A stretch of 64,000 nt of DNA, taken from positions 4,216,001 through 4,280,000 of the forward strand of contig NC_045138.2 of assembly GCF_008831285.2 (NCBI RefSeq), read 5' to 3'. Positions 39,214-51,847 of this stretch are shown here, one piece after another. The first letter of the stretch is position 1. Every line of letters begins with the position of its first letter. The notes beneath the pieces are model-generated. The model had not been told where the DNA came from. It saw only the letters and a program-made list of their open reading frames with translations, and did not search any database. The stretch is from Nymphaea colorata. Lineage: Eukaryota. Made by a program: the position numbers and the translations under genes.

Positions 39214-42200
39214 CATTGTAAATATATTTTAGGTCTCCTAATCACGATTAGTCTTTTAGAGCCTTGACTGTGGCTTTCAGTTTTGACAATTTATGTTAGC
39301 TCATTTGTTTGGTTTTTCCTAATGATCGGTATAGACCATGGCCATAGCTTGCATTTTTTGACATGCATGATTGTGTATTAGATGAGAGAAATTTTGCTTT
39401 TTAAGGTTTAAAATTCATTTCAATGTGAGGGGATGAGTTTTACTTGTTGCATTGCATTTATCTGCATAAAACCAAGAAATATATCTTCTTTATTGTTGGA
39501 TGGATAACCAGAAATGAGTTTCTTGTGATTTTATTAATATTAGCATGCTTTGATGTCTTGAACTTTTGGAAAAGCTTTGGAATTTGATGTCTTTGTAGTT
39601 AGTACTCACAATGTGCTTTATTTACAAATCAAAACTGAACTTTCTCTGTTGCTCTTTAAGGTTTACTATAGCAATGAGACACGAACCATCCCAGCAGAGA
39701 GTGTTGAGGGGAAATGTGAGGTCAGAAAGCAGCATAGTCTCCCTGATACGCATGCTCCTGCCATCTTTGACCATGTATTCTTTTGCCACTGTATCTATGA
39801 TCGTGCCAATGGCTCGCTCAAGCAGGTAAAATTTTTGCTCAGCATATTTACTGACTCTAATTGAACTTCACCCTTGGCTAATGTGCTTTATCTACTAATG
39901 TTTAAGCTTGGTCCAGATACTGGGCTTTTCCCTTCTGATTAGGTGGTTTTGTTTCAATAATGTCATAGTTGCTGCTTGCCTTTTTGCAGTTGCCTGCCTC
40001 TGTGCGGTTTGAGTCCTCTAAGGCCAAGGCGAAAGACAAAGGAAAAGGCATTCAGGGAGAAGAAGAAAGACAGGCAAGTGGCAAAGATGTAGAGGGAGAT
40101 ATTGAAACATCAGAAAGGTTGGCTACCCTTGATATTTTTGCTGGCTGTGGTGGTCTGTCTGAGGGGTTGCAGCAGTCAGGTAATTCTTTGAGGAAGAAAC
40201 CTATGACATTGTTCAGTTGTCTTTTGTGAGTTGCAGAATAATTTTTCTGTTGTGAATCAGGGGTTTCATTAACTAAGTGGGCTATTGAGTATGATGATGC
40301 TGCTGCTGAAGCATTCAAGCTTAACCACAGAGAAGCACAAGTTTTCAACAAAAACTGCAATGGGATACTGAGGTGACTTAACTCCCCTGTGCTTTTTTTG
40401 ATTTTTCTTTCTTTCTTTCTTTATTAGAGGTTGCTGGAAAAAGGAAGGTAATGCACACTGCTAAGTTAACTGTTACATGTTCTTTATTTCTGTTTGGTAA
40501 ATACTGTGCTACCATTTATTGAAAGGGAGATTTGAGATTTTACATATGTGCTCAGCTGTCTTTGAATTTTCCTGATCCTCAGCTGGATCTGTGTATGTTG
40601 TTCGATATACCTACATTTCAAATTTTGTACTGCTATCCATGTATTAGATTATATTAACTTATAAGTGCATCAAAACGAGCACACTCGAAAAATCCTATTT
40701 TTGTTCCACAGTCATTTCAAAGTCTTTTGGCAGGGCAATAATGGAAAGGTGTGGTGATAAAGATGACTGCGTTTCTACTCCTGACGCAGCTGACCTTGCA
40801 GCCAAACTGAGTGAGGAACAGAAGGAAAACCTGCCTCTTCCTGGTCAAGTGGGCTTCATTAATGGTGGCCCTCCTTGTCAGGTTTCTATTTTTGTTTTTC
40901 TTAAGTCATTTGTTGATCTTGTTCTCCATATACTTATGGGAAATGGAGCGAGTGCTGATATGTTTTTTTCCAGGGCTTCTCTGGAATGAATCGTTTCAAT
41001 CAAAGCACCTGGAGTAAGGTCCAATGTGAAATGATCTTGGCATTCCTCTCCTTTGCTGATTACTTCCGGCCAAGGTTCTTTTTGCTGGAGAATGTAAGAA
41101 ACTTCGTTTCTTTCAACAAGGGGCAGACGTTCAGATTAACATTAGCCTCACTTTTGGAGATGGGCTATCAGGTGAAAATTATATTTGTTACTAAATGTTA
41201 ACATAGGATTTCAGCAGGGAGTCAGATAGCGCTTAGGGCAAGACTTCAACTATGCGGTACACACCAACTAGTGAATTACAATTGGTTCCAGCTTCCTAGT
41301 CAGCATAAGTTTGTAGCCGCTTATAATAAGCAGTTGGATCTCCAGCAGTAGACAAATATGCTCTAAATTATGTTGCACCAGCCAGTCTGATGTGTGCTGG
41401 TCCGGTGGCCCTACAAATATGCAGGACTGCTATGGATAAAGTTCTTGCTAAAATATAACACAAGTCTTGGGGAACCAAAATACCTTGTGAATATGTTAGT
41501 GGTCAATTCTACAAGTTCTTATCAACAACAGCTTGAACATATCTCTAGATGCATTATACTTCTCCCTCATACATCTTTAGGCATGCATTATCTTACGGAC
41601 ATCTATTCTTCAAGAAAATTTCAGTGGTCATCCCGAGATTTAACTTCATCTTGGATGCTTTCTCTTAAATGATTCAATCAAGCTTTTGACTTTGGAAATG
41701 TTTTCTCTTCCTTCAGGTAAGATTTGGTATCCTGGAGGCTGGTACGTATGGTGTTGCTCAGTCTCGTAAACGTGCATTCATTTGGGCAGCTTCTCCAAAA
41801 GAGACATTACCAGAATGGCCTGAACCTATGCATGTATTTTCAAGTGCTCAACTGAAAATAACACTTACTGAAGGCTCGTACTATGCTGCTGTGAAAAGTA
41901 CAGCAGGTGGGGCACCTTTAAGATCCATAACTGTAAAGGACACAATTGGAGATCTACCTCCTGTTTCAAATGGAGCAAGCGATCAGAAGATTATGGTAAG
42001 TGCATTCTGGACAATATTTTTCTTTTTCATTCTTCAAAAGGAGCATTACACCTCATTTTGTGTTTGATTTTCAGTTATAAGTTTTCACTTCTAAATAGCT
42101 TTTGCTAAATTGACTAGCTTTCATCTACTCCATGCATTTATTTTGTGCACACTGTTCTCTTTTGTTTTGTCTGTTTGCACTTTGCACGTATATTCATGTG

Positions 42201-42442
42201 TGATGCTGCATGTGTCTGGTGATGAAATGCTAAATAAGTTCTACAAATCAAAATTAATGACATTCTAATTCCTTCTTTTAGTACCTCAATAGTCAAAAGC
42301 ATGCTTAGGCAGGTGCTGGGCACCATGCCTGATAACCAGTCAATTTACCAAGGCACCATTGTAGCTGTGGATTCAAATTTTAAAATTTTGTAAAGTGTAA
42401 AATTGGGGAAAAAAATATAAAGAGAAATCAAGCCCTCCCTCC

Positions 42443-42478
<36 letters not shown>

Positions 42479-45400
42479 GCTATTGCTGCCACTGCCCTTC
42501 CATCCATTGTTGCCATTGCACTACTGTATTCAGTTTCCTTTCTGTTGTCTCCCTTCTTCCTTCGCTTCTTCAATTGTTTTTCCTTGTTATATATGTGAGA
42601 ACTTGAGTCAATACGGATTGATGATCCTACAAATATCACTATGGAAGTGTAGTGGTCCATAATGACTCCCAAGATCACAACCTAGCTTTGATACAATGTG
42701 AGATATCTCCAGAATCTGTTCACAACAGGTCAGAAGGAAGAGAAAAAGACTGAAAGCCACACCTTCCAATGTTGGAATTGGTGACTGCTATATCATTGTA
42801 GAGGACAATACCTTAATATGAAAGTATCAAATATACAACTGGACAAGTTTGCCCTATAAAAGATGAATATCTACAGGATACCAAACCAAACATATTTAAT
42901 ATTGATTGGACTGAGTTCAGATCCATATCCAATTATAACAACAAACATAAGACATAATGATATACGTGTTCATGACATGTTCCTATGTATTTTGGTTGGC
43001 CTCTTCCTATTTCAATGTCGATAGCCTAGGGCTGCTTACTGCTTTTGACTACTAGTCATATTACTCATGATATTAGCCATATGACTGCAGATATGTTCCG
43101 TAAACAGTTAAATGATACTGGTCATGGATTGTATGTATTTTACATGGAACTTGACAAGACCAGCATTTTTAAATAGCTTGGTTATGGTTAATGTTTTTGA
43201 GGATGGGTACTTTTGATTGCACTATTGTTCACATACTGCAAAAACCCTTAAAGCATCACGTCACTAGTTTGAAAGAGCACACCATAGTGAATACACGAAG
43301 GTATGTTTTGAAATGCTTATAGGAAAGGTGAATCAGTAGGATATGTATAAATGGACACAAGCATGAGAACGTATTTGATTATTGGATCAAACTACTTCTG
43401 GTGGTACTATAAGATTATGTGTCCCTGTGGATATCAATATGTCAGGTACTCTTTGGATTGTTTTCTTAATTCTTCCCAAGATAAAAATCCAAAGGTTAGC
43501 AACTAACATGGGTTCGACTCTCTTAAATGTCTAATGGATGTGGATATGGCTTTTGCACTCAGATCCCTATGTGTCAGATTTGTTGAAAAAAGTGAGTGCG
43601 ATATTTCAGATGCACTCCAAGCCCAATTGTTAGTATTGACTACATTTGTATTCTACCAAATCCAATTAAATGTAGACCATTGATCTGGATTCCAACTGTT
43701 AACTACACATATCCGAAGGCTTTCTATAAGACTTCAGGGTCATTTACAACTTGTAGACTAACCATGTCCATCAATAGGTAAAGCTTTTGAACTATTGCAA
43801 TTCATCCTCCTAGGCTCACATTTGAATGTTTCTGAAAAAGTATGCTGTAAGTGTAAGAGTACAGGATGTTTATTTATCTACTTGTTAAAGTGAACCAAAG
43901 CATGTTACTTACTGCGAGTTGAGGCCTGTTTCCAGAATCATTAGGACGCTGAATTATATTCTGAACTTAGTTAGACAATTTATCTCAATCTACAGTGGTT
44001 ACTTTAGTTTCTTATTTGATTTAAAAATGAACCGGAGTAATATTCTCTATCTACTTGTTTAAGTGAACTAGATCATGCCACTCATTGTGAGTTGAAGTCG
44101 TCTGTTTTTAGAGTCACTGAGAAGTAAAAGTCTATTCTTCACTTAATTACATAGTGTATGTCAATCTACAATGATTACTCTAGTTTTTTATTTAATTTAA
44201 AAATGAATTCTCTTAATTTTCTGTCTGGAACTTGCTCTTACAAATAACTTTTTTTTTTGGGTTTATCAATAGTATGGAAATGCTCCAGTTTCATGGTTCC
44301 AGAAACAAGTACGCGGTGAAATGACTACTCTGGTTGATCACATATCAAAGGAGATGAATGAATTAAACTTGATTCGATGCCAAAGGATTCCAAAGCGACC
44401 TGGTGCTGACTGGCATGATTTGCCTGATGAAAAGGTTAAACTTTGTTTCCTACTAAGACACAACATGTACCCAATGGATTCACCCGGTTTGGTGGTTAGG
44501 ATTTAGTGGAGGCGGCCCGAGGTTTTTGGCTAACCATGCCTTCTCATGCAAGCTTTATAGTGATACAGTTTTCAAAGCTTCAATCCTTGGCCCTATAACA
44601 TCTAATCAAGCCTCTCTCCTTTGCCATGGGGAACATGACTAGATGTCATCATTTGATGATGTTCAAGTGGACCAATAACCACTGGATCATTCTGAAATTT
44701 TCTCTCTCTTCATCTGGTGCAGGTAAAATTGTCTTCAGGGCAATTGGCTGATCTTATCCCATGGTGTCTCCCTCATACAGCTAAAAGGCATAACCAGTGG
44801 AAGGGACTGTATGGAAGATTAGATTGGGAGGGTAACTTCCCAACTTCCATTACTGATCCCCAGCCTATGGGAAAAGTGGGCATGTGTTTCCATCCAGAAC
44901 AAGACAGAATACTAACTGTCCGTGAATGTGCCAGGTCGCAGGTAACACAAAGCATTTCTACTCATTTTATAGTAGTTGACATTAATATAAAGCACCGCAC
45001 TTTAAACACAATTTCTGTTTCCGTGACATAATAACTTAGTATAGCAATCGAAAAAATACATTTTGTGATTCAGTCAAGGTTCTGCATAAACCTGTTTGTG
45101 GATGGTTTGGTCATAGTCAATCAAGATTGTACAGCTTCATGCATGCAAGCATTTCACAATGAAATTCGTAGAAGCTAACTGGTGTGTGAATACAAGAGCT
45201 ATGGATTAGAATAGCCATTCTAGAATGTTCCAAAGAGTTTTCATGGCATGGTTTCATTGAATATAGAATGTGCCTAAATTGTAAAAGGAAGTAAGAAGTA
45301 GGATACAAGTCTGTCAAGGCCCTACAAGGTTTAATTGGGATTAGTCTAGAGTCAAGACTAGTCTGTCCAAGTTGATCAACTGAAATAAAATTAATAAACA

Positions 45401-46107
45401 TATACAAACCAGCATTTCAAGTGCCAAAAGTAACAACAAACTTAAAAACGTCCCTCCCAACAAACATATACATACATATATATATGTATGTATGTGTAGA
45501 AGTGGGGAGACCGAGACAGATGTATGCGAAAACACTAAGTATATGCATAAGCATGTGTTAACAACATAGCTATAAATATCATTCTTGCTTTTTCAAGGGC
45601 GAGGTTTTTCTTGGGTATTTTTTCTCAAAGTTGCTTTTCTTGGTTCCTTTTGTTTTCTATCATTTCTCCCATTAATTTGTGGCTGTGGTTAACAAATACG
45701 TTAAAAAACCTAGGCACACCAACAAGCATTAAAACATGTATATTAATAGGTTTACAGGTAAAACACATATCAGATATATATATATATATATGATATGTGT
45801 TTTACCTGTAAACCCATTAATGCCGCAAGAGCGGTACCAAATCGAGGCAAACTCTAAATACTAGATATGACCCCAAAACAAAATAACAGGGGTCAAGGTC
45901 GGCCAGTGAGACGATGGGGGATAAGCTTCATCGTCGAGAGGGAAACAGCCTGGATCACCAGCTAAGGCCCCTAAATGACCGCTCAGTGATAAAGGAGGTA
46001 GGGGTGCAGAGACAGCCAGGAGGTTTGCCTAGAAGCAGCCACCCTTAAAAGAGTGCGTAATAGCTCACTGATCGAGCGCTCTTGCGCCGAAGATGAACAG
46101 GGCTATA

Positions 46108-46186
<79 letters not shown>

Positions 46187-46534
46187 TGTTGGGAAAAAAA
46201 CTTAAAAAATTAGAAGCGACCTGATTGGGAAGGGAAAAAACCAAATAATGACTTAGTAGCTGGACTACCTAATTGGTTGACTAGGCCTGAAAGTGGATAA
46301 ACACAAGTACATGCTGAATTATAAACACAAGTACATGCTGAATTACTTGCCCATGGAGGAATTTCTAGGTCTTAATTATGCTTCTTGGTTGTTTATGTGC
46401 AGGGTTTCTTGGATAAATATGTTTTCTGGGGAACTGTCCAAAACAAGCATAGGCAGATTGGTAATGCAGTACCACCTCCACTGGCATATGCACTTGGTCG
46501 AAAGCTGAAGGAAGTGGTGGATAGAAGGCACTGA
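35398..46534 (+). CDS. MET1: DNA (cytosine-5)-methyltransferase 1, MET1/DNMT1 family, ~1548 aa
   Basis: Exons 35398-35491, 35641-38588, 39661-39825, 39990-40179, 40261-40372, 40734-40881, 40974-41171, 41717-41995, 44273-44434, 44723-44941 and 46403-46534 are all GT-AG and total 4647 nt in frame. The protein has two RFTS regions ([35 protein letters not shown]), BAH domains, a KG linker, [43 protein letters not shown] and RQIGNAVPP. The first small exon is less certain; an alternative ATG exists at 35625. Confidence 0.95.
42477..42977 (-). mobile_element. Degenerate LTR-retrotransposon relic (LTR + PBS + stub) in a MET1 intron
   Basis: GCTTTGATACAA|TGTGAG at 42685-42702 resembles a reverse PBS (GCTCTGATACCA) abutting an LTR end. 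The putative LTR 42697-42977 begins TGTCATGAAC on the minus strand. There is no second LTR. Confidence 0.4.
43876..44207. repeat. Old ~172-bp tandem duplication in a MET1 intron
   Basis: TATCTACTTGTT.AAGTGAAC...TCAATCTACA.TG.TTACT.TAGTTT.TTATTT.ATTTAAAAATGAA occurs at 43876 and 44048. Confidence 0.75.
45742..45821. repeat. 31-bp inverted repeat around a (TA)n loop
   Basis: ATTAATAGGTTTACAGGTAAAACACATATCA (45742-45772) pairs with TGATATGTGTTTTACCTGTAAACCCATTAAT (45791-45821), with one mismatch. Confidence 0.92.
45822..46105 (+). pseudogene. rrn23: Plastid 23S rRNA fragment (NUPT) in the last MET1 intron
   Basis: GCGGTACCAAATCGAGGCAAACTCT..GGGGGATAAGCTTCATCGTCGAGAGGGAAACAGCC..CAGCCAGGAGGTTTGCCTAGAAGCAGCCACCCTT.AAAGAGTGCGTAATAGCTCACTG matches chloroplast 23S domain II, including the GTPase-associated (L11-binding) region, as recalled. 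Only ~284 bp. Confidence 0.9.
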
Positions 46535-48757
46535 AGATCCAAGTGCTTATATGTAAATTTTTCACAAAATTAAATGTAATTTGACAATTGAACTTATCAA
46601 TTGTACTTATTCTCCAACTAAATTGTGCATATGAAGCTTTTCTTTTCCTTCATATATGACCAGTGATTGATATTTTCAATGTTGTAATTTATTTTTTGGA
46701 AATGAACGACCAAGATACTTTACAATCACTTCTATTAGATATGTTTAAAAATCAAGATGGAGGCAAGTTTTAAAAATTAGTTTGAAAAAAGATGATTTTA
46801 ATCCCATATTTTTCAAAATAGACATGTATAGTATGATACGGGGTATATAGCACTGTATCATATGATACAAGCTGTGTATTGCACAATGCACATACGATAT
46901 TTCATGATATGCAGTGTTTTTGTGTAGGTAACATGTTACTTGCACCCGGACAACTCATGGCTTTGGAATGTGAAATACAGATCACCTAATTTTGTACTCA
47001 ACCTGTACATTCATATCTAATCATCCCTGGTCTGTGCAATACAATAGCTGCTTTCTTTTAAGTTGATTATTTTCCAAAAGAAAAAAAAAGAACCTTTAGT
47101 CACCTATCTTCATTACCAAAGCTTTTTGTACAGTCAACATCTTTCGATTTTTTTTTCTTGGGAGATTAATGAAAACTCAGGTGCTTCTATAATTTCTATA
47201 AAAACCAAAACGTTTTCCAAATTGTTTGTGGTGAAAACATGGTTGGTTAGAACTCAGTTTAGTGCAGGCTTGTCTTCGTGTTGTGCTTTCACAATAATGT
47301 CAAATTATTTACCCTTCCCGTGAGGGCATGCACAATATTCCCAACATTTACATGATGTTTTCTTAACTTTCATTTTCTTTCGTTTCAAAATCGAGGCACA
47401 CCTTTTGAGAGTGTGCACAAATTACCATGCCTTATGAGTCAACATCACCACATGCATGAAGAGAGATTCCACAGCTTGAAGCCAGTAGTTAAGTGATTCC
47501 AGTCACTGCCCATGATGTTTTCGAATCGCTGCCAATAATGTGTGGGGTTCTATCAAGTACTGTTGAGCACACCAAACGCACAGTGCTTTTATAAGGGAGA
47601 AAACATTTGATTATTGGGTTTGAGTGATAGATTCTGTCTCCCTTATACTGTGGTGATGCGCAGTGACATCTGCTTTCCTGCACATTGCTCTTATTATATA
47701 TGTAATGCATTAAGTGATCTCAAGAATATGATTGGACATGGAAGCCTTTAAGTGGAGAATGGAGATTGAGAATTTCGAGGGAGAGAAGCAAAAAAAAAAA
47801 AGTGAAAGTAAGCATAGGAACTCACAAATTTGGAAGGCCTTATCTGCCACTGTGCCTTTTGCATAGGGGTGGAGCCAAAAAATTTTCATGAGGGCAGCTG
47901 ATGTATAGTTTTAACATCTTAACATATGCCAAGATGTAAATTTTCAATTTTTTGTATAGAATAAATTTATTTTTTAAAAACATTACAGCCAATTTGAACT
48001 TTTGGACCCTGAAACTTCTACTAAAAATTACTCTCCAGTCTCCATCACATTGGTGAAGCTAGAATTTTTTGACTTGAGTCAATTGCATGAAAGAGAGCAT
48101 TCAGTATAATTGAACCCAACTTTGTATTGAAAAATAAGTGGGTCCATGTGGCAGTTAATTTCTCGTTCATGCCTATACCTAGATTAAGTCCGATCTGCTG
48201 GATCAGGTTTGCACCGGCCCGTCCTGACCCATATTCGTATGAGTGGAGGAAGGTGTGGGCAATTGTCCACATGAAGCTACAAAAAAAAAAAACTTATTTT
48301 TATATTGATACCTCAGGGTAATTTTTCTCATTTACATAGTTGATGCATCTCAAAAAGTTATATTATATTGTTCAGGGCCAATAATACAGGCAATTTAGGC
48401 TTCTCAAGACGTATGTCACATTGGTAGTTAATTTTCTTTCCTTTTCACTAGTCAAAAGAGGGACATGAGCAACCCAATCGGTCGGTAAACAAAAAAAGCA
48501 ATGCCCAATAATATCGTAGAGAAAGGTACAGCATCTGATGTAGTTTTTTTGAACAGAAAGGAAAAGATGGATGTCGATGGTACAAAGAGTGAAACTAAAG
48601 GAAAATGATGGATGTTGATATGAGCACAGCAATCATCTAGATCCTTTAGCTCCCCATGAAATTGACTTCTGCTATTTTGGCAAGTATGATTGATACACCT
48701 CAACCCAGATTGGGATATGCCTAGAAGAGCTCCATTTTTGTTAGATGGTAGCCAATC

Positions 48758-48799
<42 letters not shown>

Positions 48800-49008
48800 C
48801 ATGCATGTGACTGGGTCCCCTTCCATTCCAATCTATGTGGGCAGTACATTTGTGACCACAATATATAGTAATGGCTTTTACTGTACTTCTTCTCCAATTG
48901 CTTTAGATATTACACTAGAGTGGCAAACCACAAAAGCGACCTTTTATGACAACTAAAGTGGTGCAACTTGAGGGTAGGAATGTTAATGGGTAGTCTGTAG
49001 TTGGGATC

Positions 49009-49389
49009 TAGGGCTGAACGTTCTACAGCCGAGCTCGGCTCGACTCGCTGGACGATGTCAGTTCGTGGTCCGCATGGTAGACTGAGTTGGAACTCAAAAA
49101 TGACTCATATAGGCTCATTCTCCAATGCCCATTAAATGACAATTTTTTTTTGTTTAATTAGGCTCATTTAACCAAATCTATTGAACATCAAACAAAATCA
49201 TAAATAAATATTACATCGAGTCGAGTTGAGTCGAGCTTATTCGAGTCGAGTCAAGACAACTCGACTTAGCCTTTAACCTTTTTATGACCTCGAGAGCGAC
49301 GACTTGTTTAGCAAAATAGTCGGCTCGAACTCAAGAGGAGCTTTAACTAGTAGAGCTCGAGTTGCTCGGCTTAGCATTGTTCAGCCCTA
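49009..49389. mobile_element. hAT-type TCGAG-rich MITE
   Basis: Perfect 11-bp TIRs TAGGGCTGAAC / GTTCAGCCCTA. TSD is degenerate (TTGGGATC / TGGGGACT). Confidence 0.7.
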
Positions 49390-51770
49390 TGGGGACTCAT
49401 TATTGCATCTCGACGTAAGTTAGGCCTGGAGTTTCTGATTTTTTTTAAGTCCTTTAGTTATACGGAAGAATATTCTAGATTGGATTTGATCTTATGATTT
49501 GGCTATTTTGTTTGTAATGAAACTATATAGACGGTTAGTCCATGTGCATGAACATGTATTCACACATATCTTATTGTTATTATTGTTTGAAATACGACTA
49601 AGTATGGCCAAGTGGTTCATAGTTGATTTAACTACTTAATTTTTAGTCTTATATCTGAAGTAATTCAGTACATAAATTTTAGGCCATTAGACTGTCCAAT
49701 TCTTCACCTAACATTGTGATGCTTATAAAGAAGTCTTGGAACTTCAAGTTGGCATGGTGGAACGATCTTCAAAAACAAGCGGGTAGTCATACTGCAGATT
49801 GATACTATGAGTCAATTTTATGTGCAAGCTGATGTTGTGAAGGCGTTTAACGAAAAGTAAACAGTGTACACAATACAAATTTCAAGAACACCATATTCTT
49901 GCTCATGAATGTTAATATAATGCCATCATGGATGTTCTTGGTTGTGAATTTAAAACTTAAATGCTAGATACATAATCACACTACATTTTTTAAAGCAAGA
50001 GCATATTCTTTTAAAAAATGTATTCAAAAAATGCATTAATCTTGTTCTTACCAAACGCCCTTTAAATGTACCGCTGATCCCCAGTATCAAGAGAAGACAA
50101 TTAAAGGCGTGCTTTCAATGTTGATCTTAGAAAAATTTAGATTTGCTTTCCCTTTGAACTCTCTTGAGCAAGACAAAAAATAATTCGGTTTAATTTGGGA
50201 AATTATGCCCTTCAAACATAAGGATCCGAACACGAATTCAAGTAACATGGTCAACTTGGATAATTGGAACATAACCAGAATAATATCTGACTCGAGTTGG
50301 CAGCTAAATCACATGGACACTTTAGTATTGTCTATGTACCTTTTTTGTCGTACCTGTACTTAAATTGGGCACTTAAATACACTTGAACACTTTTTAGCTA
50401 GAAGGTATGCAAACTATTTAATTATACTTGATTTAATTTTTTTTCTAGCTCAGTTTCGGTTCTGTTTTTAGAGTTATTGTTCGTTAATATATAATGTTCT
50501 CACTTGTTTACTTAAATGTTGCTTTCATTTTATTTTTTTTTGCTATTTTACTATTTTACACACACACATATATATATATATCTTCATATGCACACTTTTT
50601 AAAGTTACTATTTATATATATATATATCTCTGTAATGTGAATGGTACCGGTGTGACTTAGGTGACAGTTTTAATTTACAGAATAATATATGATTATTTGC
50701 AGAAATGAGATATGTTCTGGCCTTAAAGATGTTGAATATAATCAATATTCTGTATCTTAACCTTGTGGTACTTCTATGATCAAAGCATGTGCAAATTAGA
50801 TGAAATTTCCACACATCTGTCGGGAAAAAATCGTGAATAAGATCTCTTCACGTCAATTCGTCATGGTAAGAACGTGGTAGGATCAAAAGATATTGGGGAT
50901 ACATTGACTCCGTATATAACATGAACTCCCGATGGTCATGTCAACCACATCTTGCACGTCGGCCATGGAAATGACATTCATGCACGGTGGTCATGTATCA
51001 ATCGCCCTATCCATGCTCCTTTTTTATGTCGAAATCTTTACATGTCATGGCCCACCATGCGTCTCAAACATCATAAGAGAAACACGGTTGATGGTGGATT
51101 CCACATAAGCATGTCATGGTGGTCCTATCATGAACTTTTTTCTTAACCCTAAACCATAGTGATTTTTGTGTCATGTTGGCCCACCATGTCAACCATGGTA
51201 AGAGAAAGCACGGTTTGATGGATGACATGCATGCTGAAAAAAAGCCACCACGATTGAACACCTGCAAAAGAAGAAGAAGAGCAGACCTTAACTATGAGAT
51301 GCACTCCATTAAGCTCCTTATGTCATTCATAGGACCAACTTTCATGTTAGGTAGCTCCTATGGCAGGGTTTATGAAGATTAGGGTTTACCTCAATCGACT
51401 AAACAGTTGAAGAATTTAGATGAATTGGTCACATGAATCAGCCGAGTACCTCGTGTGGGTTGGCTCATTAGCTTCACGGTAAAAGTTAGTTGACGGGTGA
51501 GTACGCATGAGAAGTATTTCATCCTACCATTCAAAACAAGTTAAAAATTTACATGTAAAATTTTAAAAAATTTCACTTATCTTATATAAAAATTTTGAAA
51601 AATGGTATTTCAGTCCATGTCGAAATTTAGAAACTTTAATTCCGCCATACTCATAAAAAATTTCTAGCTCTGCCCTCGTTGAAATCTACTGGCTATCACA
51701 TGACCAAACAAAAACATTATCAATGCACTTATTAAGAGGGTTTCTAGCATTGGAATTTAAAAAAACACAT

Positions 51771-51847
<77 letters not shown>

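Noticed and set aside
45822..46105. Functional rRNA gene or bacterial contamination
   Set aside because: It is only a 284-bp internal fragment of plastid type, carries transitions, and is embedded in an intron of an in-frame nuclear gene.
8642..46534. Two neighbouring methyltransferases as a functional cluster
   Set aside because: They are unrelated families (Golgi polysaccharide versus nuclear DNA methyltransferase) about 15 kb apart, so the adjacency is probably incidental.
50800..51400. CATG-rich region as a defined transposon
   Set aside because: It looks repetitive, but no termini, TSD or coding domain could be fixed.
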